Positions 22,481 to 32,893 of a stretch of 32,917 nucleotides of DNA are shown here, one piece after another. The translations under genes and the position numbers were made by a program. The stretch spans positions 59,272,520 through 59,305,436 of the forward strand of contig NC_068994.1 of NCBI RefSeq assembly GCF_001194135.2, given 5' to 3'. The stretch comes from Octopus bimaculoides. Taxonomy: Eukaryota. The notes under the pieces were generated by a model. It made no database searches, was not told where the DNA came from, and saw nothing but the letters and a program-made list of their open reading frames with translations. How positions within the stretch are numbered: position 1 is the stretch's first letter; the number at the start of each line of letters is the position of its first letter.

Positions 22481-23224
22481 AGCAGCATCCTTTTTGTTTT
22501 AACAATTGTCCATGCTGGAATTGGTTACATTCCTCTAAAACCAGTGAAACCTAACAGTCCAGTATACAACATCCCAGCTTCTAACCATTTCTTCTTCTGC
22601 CACAGACATCTCCTCTACAGTTCTTTTTTTTATTTTCCTCCACTCATAAGTCATTAATATCCACTGTCCACTCACACTGCCTCCACCCCCCCCCCTCGGC
22701 ACATTCACCCAGCTCTATCTCCCCCCTCGAGCCACTTTCTAATCCTCTTTACACTCACCCTTTCAGTCAAACTTCCACTGGACCACCACCAAATCACATC
22801 GATCTGATTCATTGTTTTAACCAGCTCATTAAACAAATGACCAATCAGTTAATTGGTTAGATATTTACCCAATTAACTAACAATAAAAAAGGAATACTGA
22901 ACCAGTGTGTGTGTTATTGCTATTATTGGTGAGATGACGCTCCCAAGAAATGACAAGGTTTGTTTCAACACTAGAATTCACAAGAATCTTACAAACCAAA
23001 TACAGAAACAAAGTCAAATATAATATCTTTGTCAGAAAACAAATTCTTCTGAGAGCTGTTTTCTGTCTTCAAGCAATGAAATAATATATTGTGTCTCCTC
23101 TGGCGACAAAATGTTAAAGTCTACGAGGCTTGAATAGATAAGTTATAATGAACGAATAAAGAAATCATTTCATTTTGTCTTCTACCCCTGTGGTAATTCA
23201 CTCATAATTGACATTAATATGGTC

Positions 23225-23440
23225 TTTTATTTTTCTGCCTGCTTTTGTCACTGGATTGTGGCCATGCTGGGGCACCACTTTGAGTAGATTAGTTGAACAA
23301 AACAAAAAACTTTACATTTTCTGATTTTAATCTGGTGCTTGTTCTATTGGATTTTTTTGCCCAACGACTTAGTCATGGAGACATAAACAAACCAGCACTG
23401 GTTATCATGCAGTGGGGGAGATAAACAGAAACAGACACAC
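23225..23440 (-). mobile_element. SINE family B, 3' half
   Basis: GTGGCCATGCTGGGGCACC...ATAAACAAACCAGCACTGGTTATCA, running into a (CA/TA)n tract at 23435-23640. Confidence 0.65.
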
Positions 23441-23539
23441 ACACACACACATGTATATATATGTGTGTGTATATATGTATGTGCATACATATATATATAT
23501 GCACATGCATACATACATACATTCATACGTGTGTGTGTG

Positions 23540-23571
<32 letters not shown>

Positions 23572-23914
23572 CGCACACACATACATCCATACATACACAT
23601 ACATACATGCATGCATGCATGTATATACACACACATACCTACACGAAGCATGGAATAAACTACCTGTATAGTTGTTAGCTGTTGGGACACTACGTTCTTC
23701 AAAATTTCCCTGCTTTTTGAAATTTGCAACCGTACACTTGATATCCCCCCTCTCCACCACCTTTTTCTCTAAATGATTCTTTCACTGGTCCCTTTCTGTG
23801 TATTATTTTATGTACAGTTCATGCAATCTTGGCTACTTTTTCTGAGGAGTTGTACTGCACCTGAGCACTAAATAAGTTCATTATTACTATTATTATTATT
23901 AGTATAATATCATA

Positions 23915-24075
23915 CATGACAGGCTTCTACACAGTTACCATCTCTGAAATCTATTCAGAAGGCATTGGTTAGCTGAAGGCTAAAAATAGAAGACTCTTGC
24001 CCAAAGTGCTGTGCTGTAGGACTGAACTGAAAAGCATCTGGTTACAAAATTAACTCCTTAACCACACGGCCACTT
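23915..24075 (-). mobile_element. SINE family B, 5' (tRNA-like) half
   Basis: GACAGGCTTCTACACAGTT...AGAAGACTCTTGCCCAAAGTGC...GGACTGAAC...AACCACACGGCCAC; matches 30780-30945. Confidence 0.6.
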
Positions 24076-24296
24076 ATTTTCCAACAAAGACTTCAACTTC
24101 TAATCAACTTTTTGGGGAAGTCAGAATGGAAATGTTTAATTTTAAAGATTAAAGAAAAAAAATAACCAATTTGTTGTAATTATTCTTGAAGATATACGAA
24201 ATAATTAATGACATTGTAATCAAGGAAAGCAATAATTAATGAGTTGGAAACATGTGACCTTGACAATAAAATCTGACCTAAATGAATTTCACTTAC

Positions 24297-24435
24297 CTGA
24301 CATCGGAGGAAAATAAGCTTTCCGAGGAGAAGCAGAGCCGACAGTTTTCCCCGTCTCTTTTCAGTCATTGTAACGTTAACCTGGCAAATGAGACAATTAA
24401 AGAGCAGGAGGTGGGGGGAGGGCGGCCGGCGGTGA
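24297..24435 (-). promoter_or_regulatory. CpG-rich promoter-like segment with a consensus - strand splice donor (candidate first exon)
   Basis: Eight CpGs in about 135 bp versus two in the preceding about 390 bp. GC box GGGCGG at 24420-24425. ACTTACCTG at 24291-24299 reads CAG|GTAAGT on the - strand. ATGs at 24368 and 24303. Confidence 0.4.
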
Positions 24436-24777
24436 CTGAAACCAAATGTCAATGCCTGATAGCAGATCTTGTTATCTCTCAGCTTAGAGTACAACACCGA
24501 AACAAAAACCAAACAAAACAAAAAAATAACTGTTTTATTAGCTATCCTTAAAATATATTCATTGAAATTCACTGACATTTATTTGTTCATTACTGGCAGA
24601 AACTACTTCAATACGTTTTATATATATATATATATATATATTGCTTTGTTTTGTTTTTTTATAAAAGCATAACAATAGTTAAAAATTTCAGCTTGCAACC
24701 TCATGATTCAGAGTGCAACTACAGTGTACTGCAACTGGGGTAGTGCAACCTACTGCAGCATGGTGCAAGTGTCTTCT

Positions 24778-24895
24778 TTGACTTTCATTATTCCGGGGTC
24801 GATAAATTAAGTACCAGTTGCGTACTGGGGTCAATCTAATTGACTGATCCCCTCCCTCAAAATTTCGGGCCTTGTGCCTAGAGTAGAAAAGAATA
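24778..24895 (+). mobile_element. SINE family A, 3' half
   Basis: CCGGGGTCGATAAATTAAGTACCAGTTGCGTACTGGGGTC...AAAATTTCGGGCCTTGTGCCTAGAGTAGAAAAGAAT. Confidence 0.8.
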
Positions 24896-25672
24896 TGTGT
24901 GAGTATATATATGTGTATATTTATATATATATAGATAGACAGACAGACAGAGAGAGACAGACATGTTTCCCACCTGCCTCTCTCCCCACACACTTTTACA
25001 ACCTACGTAACCACTTCCTTTCTATCTCTCTCTCTCTCTTATCCTTCCCCTGTCTACTTTATCATCATTACAGGTCACCCCCACTCCTTATCTACCTCTC
25101 AACCTTATCTAATCTCTACAGTTATCACCTACTTTTCCCTACCCTCCACTACTCTTGTAATCTCCACCCATCTACACTCATGGTTCTTCTCCCTTCATAC
25201 ACGTCGACTCACCTCATACCTTAAGACTGCACACAGCTACTCCATCAAGACTATTTTTATCTCTTCCTCCCTCCTTACTATTATCACCACCCCTTCTCTC
25301 TCTCTTAAGATATGAGTAGCCATGACACCCCTCCACAGCAAGAAATCTGTTTTGTCATTTGCACAACGGCCTGAAGCGTTACACTGCAAAATTGTATGAT
25401 TCAAATATATTATGCCTTCATTCCTCCTCTCAAAGCCTTTTTCTTTTCTTTCATTTTATGTATTTTTCTTCACTCTCATTAAGCTCCTTGTTCCAGATCG
25501 GATGTGCTATGACAAATATTATTCTCAGAATTTTCTTTGGCAGCATTGTAAGACACTGGAAGCAGAAACGGCTGTTAGATGGGATTAAATTTTGCATTAA
25601 AAAATAATCAATTGTAGTCAATTTGTTGTTGATCAAGATTTCTCCATTTTCTGCTTAATTTAAATTTGATTC

Positions 25673-25772
25673 NNNNNNNNNNNNNNNNNNNNNNNNNNNN
25701 NNNNNNNNNNNNNNNNNNNNNNNNNNNNNNNNNNNNNNNNNNNNNNNNNNNNNNNNNNNNNNNNNNNNNNNN
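25673..25772. other. assembly gap (100 N)
   Basis: Run of N. Confidence 1.
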
Positions 25773-26097
25773 TTTTATGTGCCACCCGCACAAGAGCCAG
25801 TCCAGGGGCACTGGCAACGACCAGTAGACTGCTCTAGAGTGACCTCTCCCAGTTGCCCAGTAGAGTGATAGAAAAGTGCTTGAGACAATTGGATTTGGTC
25901 TGCAAGATAATTCCTCGTCTGGGGGATCCACCCCCAAAGGGGAAGGAATGTGGAGATTTTCCCCCAAAACATGGTCAAGGTCCTGATAGAGGCCCATGAG
26001 GTCACAACTACTGATGGACATAGATACCAGTGATGAAATGGGATGGGGGAAGATTTTGGTGTTTGGGTCTGATTCAGATGCTAGTTGAAGTCAATTG

Positions 26098-26340
26098 CTG
26101 GTGGTGGTGGTGGTGGTGGTGGTGGCAGTGGCGGCGGCAGTGGTGGGATGATAACAACAAAGACATCGATGATGATGATGATAGCGATAACAATGATTAC
26201 AATGACAACAATGAAAATGATAGTGATGATGAAAATGATGATAACGACGATGATGATGATGATGGTGATGATTAATATGATAATGACAACAACGATGAAA
26301 ATCATGTGAATGGCACCAACGATAGAGAGATGATGATGAT
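26098..26340. repeat. compound trinucleotide low-complexity tract (GGT/GGC/GAT/AAC)
   Basis: Degenerate triplet repeats producing spurious poly-G/M/D/H ORFs. Confidence 0.85.
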
Positions 26341-26474
26341 GATATATTGTTCCGTTTTAGTATTTGATGTGAAATTGTATGTTGAAACAGATTTTGTTGT
26401 ATCTTGGGAGGGTCATTATGCCAACAATAAACACACACACATAGTTTACTTCCTTTATTATCATTATCAGCCAA

Positions 26475-26688
26475 GGCAGTGAGCTGGCAGAATGGTTAGC
26501 ACGCCAGACGAAATGCTTAGCGGTATTTCATCTGTCTTTACGTTCTGAGTTCAAATTCCACTGAGGTCAACTTTGCCTTTCATCCTTTCAGGGTCGATAA
26601 ATTAAGTACCAGTTGTGTACTGGGGTCGATCTAATCGACTGGTCCCCTCCCCCAAAATTTCAGGCCTTGAGCCTAGACTAGAAAAGAT
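26475..26688 (+). mobile_element. tRNA-derived SINE family A, full-length, best-preserved copy
   Basis: A-box-like TGGCAGAATGG (26485-26495), B-box GTTCAAATTCC (26549-26559), central GCCTTTCATCCTTTCAGGGTCGATAAATTAAGTACCAG block and short ATT tail. Confidence 0.85.
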
Positions 26689-27546
26689 TATTATCAGTCA
26701 GTTAAGTAATTTGCCAAATAATTAGTGAATTATTGGATTAATCAATTAGTCAATTGGTCAATCAATCAATTAATCTATTTGTTGACTTGATTTGTTGGGT
26801 CCTTTAGTCACCCTCAATCACATGTTCTCGTTTACTCCAAGTCTGTCTCATTATATTCAAGGTTTTGTTAACTGTATTTATACTTTTGGGGACATGTGTG
26901 TTTGTGTGCAAGTGTGTGAGTGAGTGTGTGTATATAAGTGTGTGTTTAATTGGGTGTCACTGTATGCATGTGTGTGTATGTGTGCATGTGCATGTGTGTG
27001 TGTGCGTGTTTGTGTGCAAGTGTGTGTGTGAGTGTATGTCTATATAAGTGTGTGGGTAACTGAGTGTCACTGTGTGCATGCGTGTGTGTGTGTTTTTATC
27101 TTTTATATCTCACTGCAATAAAGAATTTATCTTTACCTCACGTGTGTCTATAAATATACATACACAGACACAGAGAGAGAGGGAGATGCAAACTTATGTA
27201 CGATATACATTTACAATCATCTACGCACGCACGCACGCACACGCACGCAGGTGCTGGTGCCAAGGGAAAAGCAGCCAGATAGATAGACGGACAGGACTTA
27301 TGGCAAAGACTTATATGTTTGGTTCGGAAATTCTCTTTCCAATCTTGTGTTTCTGGATTCAGTCCCAGTGCAATGGTGCTCAGCTCCAGTAACTTAACAC
27401 CAATAATATACAGATATATATATATTATATATTGTATTGACCTGAAATCAATATATATATATATGTATCCATATATGGATGGATGTATGGATGGATGTAT
27501 GGATAAATGTATGTATTTATGTATGTATGTATGTTTGTGTGTGCAT

Positions 27547-27979
27547 NNNNNNNNNNNNNNNNNNNNNNNNNNNNNNNNNNNNNNNNNNNNNNNNNNNNNN
27601 NNNNNNNNNNNNNNNNNNNNNNNNNNNNNNNNNNNNNNNNNNNNNNNNNNNNNNNNNNNNNNNNNNNNNNNNNNNNNNNNNNNNNNNNNNNNNNNNNNNN
27701 NNNNNNNNNNNNNNNNNNNNNNNNNNNNNNNNNNNNNNNNNNNNNNNNNNNNNNNNNNNNNNNNNNNNNNNNNNNNNNNNNNNNNNNNNNNNNNNNNNNN
27801 NNNNNNNNNNNNNNNNNNNNNNNNNNNNNNNNNNNNNNNNNNNNNNNNNNNNNNNNNNNNNNNNNNNNNNNNNNNNNNNNNNNNNNNNNNNNNNNNNNNN
27901 NNNNNNNNNNNNNNNNNNNNNNNNNNNNNNNNNNNNNNNNNNNNNNNNNNNNNNNNNNNNNNNNNNNNNNNNNNNNNNN
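27547..27979. other. assembly gap (433 N) immediately upstream of the first visible CYP exon
   Basis: Run of N. Confidence 1.
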
Positions 27980-27993
27980 CTTATATGTTTCAG

Positions 27994-28090
27994 GACTCGC
28001 AAAGAAAGTATGAAGATCTTCAAACAAATCAATGTTCCTGGTCCACCACCAAATTTTCTTTTTGGGAATTTGATATCTTTTGCTAAGAAG
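27994..28090 (+). CDS. cytochrome P450, clan 3 (CYP3A/TBXAS1-like), exon equivalent to CYP3A exon 2
   Basis: TTTCAG| acceptor, 97 nt, |GTATTT donor. Encodes xTRKESMKIFKQINVPGPPPNFLFGNLISFAKK with the proline-rich PGP..P..GN hinge that follows the P450 membrane anchor. Confidence 0.9.
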
Positions 28091-28261
28091 GTATTTTTCA
28101 TTATTTTATTTTTATCATTATTATACGTTATTGTTGTTGTTATCATATTCTTCTACAGAAAGAATGAACTGATATGATTCAGTCAAAAATATTTTGTCCA
28201 CCATAGTGCGTGTGTGTGTGTGTGTGTGTGTGTATGTGTTGTGTGTGTGTGTGTGTGTGTA

Positions 28262-28490
28262 TTGGTTTCACATTTTGGCACAAGGCTAACAATTTCAGGG
28301 AGAGTGGTGGTGGTGGTGGTTGTGGGGTAAGTAGATTGCATTGATCCCCTAGTATTCAACTGGTACTTATTTTATCAATTCTGAAAGAATGAATGGCAAA
28401 GTCAACCACAGCAAAATTTGTAAAGACAGATGAAATGTCAGGAAGCATTTCTGCCTGACATGCAGACAATTCATCCAGCTTGAAGGGAGA
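28262..28490 (-). mobile_element. SINE family A copy in CYP intron
   Basis: TTGGCACAAGGCTAACAATTTC...ACTGGTACTTATTTTATC...GAATGAATGGCAAAGTCAACC; no CpG retained. Confidence 0.7.
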
Positions 28491-28817
28491 ATATATATTG
28501 ATAACGAGTATTTCTAGTCTCAATACTGAACAACTGAGGGAGAGTTCTTGTACACCAACCAGTTAACTCCCTATGGAAGCTTTCTATGCTCCCACTCGTT
28601 AATTACAGGTCTGTCCAAAAGGAAGCAAAAAGTTACAATTTAATCACCTTTGTCTCTTTCAAAAACCTTTTCCTCTGTGGATGTAACAAACGTTCATCAT
28701 TGAATAATGGTGATTAAAATTTTAGCCTTTACTGCATTTGATGGCACAAATGACCCCAGACATAGAGGAACCCACATTTCAGTAGAAGATATTCAGATAA
28801 AAATGGGTTTTAGTGTA

Positions 28818-29042
28818 TTAACCCTTTGGCATTTAAACCTGACCAAACCTGGCTCAAATATTCTCCTTGTTTTATGTTTAAACTGGCCATGTCCAGCTTC
28901 TCACACCAACCATACAATGTTATTCTAAAAATAATCACATCATCAAAATCTTGAAGCTACAAGATAATCCCTGATTAATTCAAAACAATGAGGATAAATA
29001 AGGATTATATTTGACAGAGTAATCTGAATGCTGAAGAGTTAA
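28818..29042. mobile_element. piggyBac-type MITE in CYP intron
   Basis: TTAA (28818-28821) CCCTTTGGCATT ... AATGCTGAAGAG TTAA (29039-29042): imperfect TIRs with TTAA on both sides. Confidence 0.65.
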
Positions 29043-29252
29043 AGCACAAAATTAGATTATGGGGACAGTGTAGGGGGTTACAACTTTACATAAAGGGGGT
29101 TTGGGGTTGCAACTTTACATAAAGGACCCAGGATGACTTTTTTAGATAGTTTTTCAAATACAATAATTCATTATTTCACTGCTGGCATCATTTTCTTTTT
29201 TGGTTTTTATGCTGTACACATCCCAGGATATATTTCTTATTTTCTTTTACAG

Positions 29253-29308
29253 CAAGCTTTCTACAGCACTTACCTTGATTGGTACAAAATTTATGGTAAA
29301 ACATTTGG
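29253..29308 (+). CDS. cytochrome P450 clan 3, exon equivalent to CYP3A exon 3
   Basis: TTTTCTTTTACAG| 56 nt |GTAAGT. Encodes QAFYSTYLDWYKIYGKTF(G), the KYGK..G motif. Phases 0 and 2 fit both neighbouring exons. Not isolated by the ORF track. Confidence 0.9.
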
Positions 29309-29951
29309 GTAAGTTTCCTTACTGTTTTCAAAAACTATTTTTGCATTTGTACTTGTTTGTATTTTTATCTTTTGTTATTTTTAACGTCTCATTACGAAAA
29401 ATACTCTTGATGTAATTAATCAAATTGAAATCCTATATAATTAGTTGTACGTTTAATGATTAAGTTTGTCATAAAGATTATTGAAGCAAAAAGGTCAGGA
29501 GTTTTCTTTGAGATCATCATCATCATCATCTAAAATAGAAATTTTAGTTCAGAAAATGCTTTGGCACTCCACCGCTTCTTCCCCTTTGTCTGCCAGATAT
29601 CGGTACCAGATATCGGTACCATTGACACTCCACCACTTCTTCCCCTTCCTCTGCAACAACTTTGCTGGCTTAGCTCCCCACTCTCAACTGACTCAGTTCC
29701 TGTTTGGTTTAGAGCTGGGGGTCTCAATCGGGGTCCATATGGCTCTTGGAGGTCCATATAAGATTTATTTGCAATAAACAAGTTATACTTTTTATAATAC
29801 ACAAAATACAGCAGGGTTTTCTCTTTTTTGATATTCCCCGAATGGCTCTGGTGGTGCAGGAGAATGAGATGGGAATCAAAGGGTTCCATAGGCAGAAAAT
29901 GGTCGAAAAATACTGGTTTACAGTCTCTCTCTCTTGGATCAGTCTTGCAAA

Positions 29952-30077
29952 TTAACTCAGACTCCCTTGTTAACCCAAACTTCTTTGTTAACCTAGACCC
30001 CCTCGTTAACTCAAACTCCCTCGTTAACCCAGACTCCCTCGTTGACCCAGACCCCCTCGTTAACCTAGACTCCTTCA
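29952..30077. repeat. 18-bp tandem array, 7 units (TTAACCCAGACTCCCTCG consensus)
   Basis: Units start at 29952, 29970, 29988, 30006, 30024, 30042 and 30060. Confidence 0.9.
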
Positions 30078-30082
30078 TTAAC

Positions 30083-30270
30083 TGGATTATTTTTCCAGTT
30101 TTTTTTACTTAATTTTTGAGAGCAGTCAGGTTCATTTTTAGTTTCCTCATTTGTGAGAGCAGTCTAGTTTGTTTCAGATATTCTCATTTTAAAAAATCAT
30201 CCTTGGCTAATCGTTGAAAGGACGTTGGTATTGCTCTGGCGGAGGTCTGCACTCTCTGAGTTCTCTTGTT
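30083..30270 (+). mobile_element. DINE-1/HINE-like element, 3' half
   Basis: Aligns with 14690-14878 and ends CTGGCGGAGGTCTGCACTCTCTGAGTTCTCTTGTT. Confidence 0.6.
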
Positions 30271-30436
30271 GGTGTTATGATGATCATCATCATCATTTCT
30301 CTTTATCTCAGGTTTTGTTGCAGCTCCTGGTGTCTTGCATGCATAGCGGGTTTGCTACCTGCAGCCTACGGTACCATGCTATCCGTTCTTTTCAGCTATC
30401 TAATTCTTTCTTTATTATTTTTTTTTTTTCCAACAG

Positions 30437-30533
30437 CTACTTTGAAGGTCTTCGACCAGTTTTGGTAACAGCGGATCTGGATGTTCTAAATCAAGTGATG
30501 GTGAAAAAGTTTGATATTTTTCATGCTCGAAAG
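30437..30533 (+). CDS. cytochrome P450 clan 3, exon equivalent to CYP3A exon 4
   Basis: Poly-T CAACAG| 97 nt |GTAAAA. Encodes (G)YFEGLRPVLVTADLDVLNQVMVKKFDIFHARK, matching the G..PVL...D.D....V.VK.F..F..R pattern. Confidence 0.92.
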
Positions 30534-30559
30534 GTAAAAAATGTGTTGAAACACTAGGT

Positions 30560-30945
30560 TTATTCTTTTATTTGTTTCTGATATTGGAATGTGGCCATGC
30601 TGGGGCACCACCCTGAAGGGTTTCATTGAACAAATTGCCCCCAGGACTTCTACTCCCTTTTTTTTTGTTATTGAAGTCTGGTACTTATTCAATCAGTCTC
30701 TTTAGATGACTAATTATATCACAGGGATGTAAACAAACTAACACCAGTTGTCAAGTGGTGTGGGAACAAACACACACACAGGACAGCTTCTACACAGTTT
30801 CCATTACATTTATAAATCTACTCACAAAGCTTTGGTTTGCCTTGAGCTATTGTGGAAGACACTTTCCTAAGATGCCATGCAGTGGGACTGAACTTGCAAC
30901 CAAGTGGTTGGCAAGCAGGCTTCATAACCATACGACTATACCTTC
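30560..30945 (-). mobile_element. SINE family B, near full length, in CYP intron
   Basis: GTGGCCATGCTGGGGCACC...ACACCAGTTGTCAAG...ACTCACAAAGCTTTGG...GAAGACACTT...GCAGTGGGACTGAAC...AACCATACGAC. Confidence 0.75.
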
Positions 30946-31329
30946 CCCTAGTTAACATAGACTACCAATTTGGGTTTTTGACAGACAGACAGACAGACAG
31001 GTAGACAGACAGATAGATAGACAGACAGATACATACATACATACGTACATGCACACAAACAAACAAAATGTTCAAATCTTAAACCTATCCAGCAGACTGA
31101 GTGACTTCTAATAAAAATCACTTAAACCTTAACCATTCTAAACTAAAGTTGGTCTCAACATATTTAATGCAAGGAACAAAAAAGTCCCATCTTTTGTTGT
31201 TACTTTCTCTTCCATATCTAATTATTTCTAATTAGATTTTGGTTAGCCATTCTTATAGTCAATATATTAACAGTTACTTTAGTTGTCTTCATGTGGGTGG
31301 AATCTCTAACTAACTTCAATAATTTTAAA

Positions 31330-31490
31330 TAATCTTGGTGGTGGAGGGTGCTAGTAGATTACACCAACCCCAGTGTATAACTGGTACTTATTTTATCAGC
31401 CCTGAATGGATGAAAGGCAAGGTCAACACCAACAGCATCTGAACTCAAAACATAAAAGTCAGACAAAATGCCACAAAGAATTTCCTTTGT
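31330..31490 (-). mobile_element. SINE family A fragment in CYP intron
   Basis: ACCCCAGTGTATAACTGGTACTTATTTTATCAGCCCTGAATGGATGAAAGGCAAGGTCAAC. Confidence 0.7.
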
Positions 31491-31828
31491 TGTTGATTCT
31501 ACCATTTTGCTGCCTGAGTAAAATTAAATATCATTAACTTAATTTAGACAAAAGTAAATCAGTCAAAATCGATTCCAAGGGATTGTCATGATTTCAACCA
31601 ATTGGAGCAGATATTTATTATAAGTATGGTTTTTATCCAGATTTTTGGTGGAGGCAGATTTAAGTCCTTCATCTCTGGCTGGTTTTCTATCGACTCCATG
31701 TCATAAAAGAATGAGCACCACATAATGCTGAAATATTAAAAGTCGATTTCTTTAGACAATATTGCATGATGACCCTGTCACTGTGCAATACCAACACACT
31801 GCCTCTCAACATCCTTTCTCCATTTTAG

Positions 31829-31954
31829 GTTTTTCCAGTTCAAGTCGATCCAGATAAAGATGATGAAGTCCATATGTTTTTCGCTCGTGGTGACAGATGG
31901 AAACGTCTTCGAGCCATCAGTAACCCAGCTTTCACCTCAGCTAAAATACGAAAG
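31829..31954 (+). CDS. cytochrome P450 clan 3, exon equivalent to CYP3A exon 5 (helix C)
   Basis: CATTTTAG| 126 nt |GTTATT. Encodes VFPVQVDPDKDDEVHMFFARGDRWKRLRAISNPAFTSAKIRK with WxxxR and P.FTS.K motifs. Confidence 0.93.
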
Positions 31955-32195
31955 GTTATTTTACCATTACATCTTAGTTATTTATTTATGTATTTATTTA
32001 TTTATTGGATTATAAAAACATCAGGATTTGAAATTTAGGAGCATTTTTCAAGATGTGTACAGATCAGAAGAAACTACTTTAGAAGCTGACTTTGAAAAGT
32101 TTCCTAATGAAAGTACTTTATTGAAGGTGATTACTGTTGGTTATTGAAGAATTTACTGCTTTAAATGCGTTATTTCTCCATTTATTCTATTCCAG

Positions 32196-32284
32196 ATGTC
32201 ATCTTTGGTCCATAACTGCATAGACAATGTCATCGCAGAACTGAAAAGGCGAGCGCACAACAACGAGAGTATTGAAATGTATGA
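32196..32284 (+). CDS. cytochrome P450 clan 3, exon equivalent to CYP3A exon 6
   Basis: TTCTATTCCAG| 89 nt |GTAGGT. Encodes MSSLVHNCIDNVIAELKRRAHNNESIEMY(D/E). Same length and phases as CYP3A exon 6. Confidence 0.88.
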
Positions 32285-32809
32285 GTAGGTAACATATTTG
32301 TAATTAACAATAGAAACTCACTTTTTATTACTATGTCACCCCCACCCACCCAGCCCAGCCCAAACATCATCATCATTATTCCCATCGTCATCGTCATCAT
32401 CATCATCATCATCATCGTTAGCATTTTTACATGCACTTTCTAGGCTGGCATAGGTTGATAAGTTATATGGAAATATCTACTTGGAAACAGGTGAGGGGTG
32501 CTGACAGAAAAGACACTTGGCTAAAGATAATCTGCCTCAACAAATCCCATCTGATCCATGCAAGAGTTTATAATGATGATGATATGTAAAGGCAAAAATG
32601 ATACTCTGGAAGCAACAACAGAGGTATCAGTCTGATTGACTGAATTATGAAGCAGAAAGTGCCTCAGCAAAATTGGTAGGTGAAGAAGTGGCAGCAGGTT
32701 CGTGTGGAAGGATTTAATGGATAAGAAAGACAAAAAAAACATGGACAAATGGTGAAAGTTTTTGTAACCCATACAAGCATGGAAAAATGAATGTAAAAAG
32801 ATGGTGACA

Positions 32810-32891
<82 letters not shown>

Positions 32892-32893
<2 letters not shown>

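Noticed and set aside
25396-25482. Hydrophobic mini-ORF MIQIYYAFIPPLKAFFFSFILCIFLHSH as CYP exon 1
   Set aside because: It ends in a stop, and the only nearby GT gives phase 1, incompatible with the phase-2 start of exon 27994.
26085-26474. Gly/Met/Asp/His homopolymer ORFs
   Set aside because: They arise from a compound triplet microsatellite with no splice or start context.
26475-26560. tRNA-like A and B boxes as a tRNA gene
   Set aside because: The sequence continues into the SINE body and has many degenerate copies in the window. I could not build a cloverleaf.
26898-27095. Imperfect 108-bp direct duplication
   Set aside because: It lies within a GT-rich microsatellite field and is an ordinary slippage product.
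27319-28177. 200-255 aa ORFs in the track
   Set aside because: Their length comes from the 433-N gap; only 27994-28090 is a real exon.
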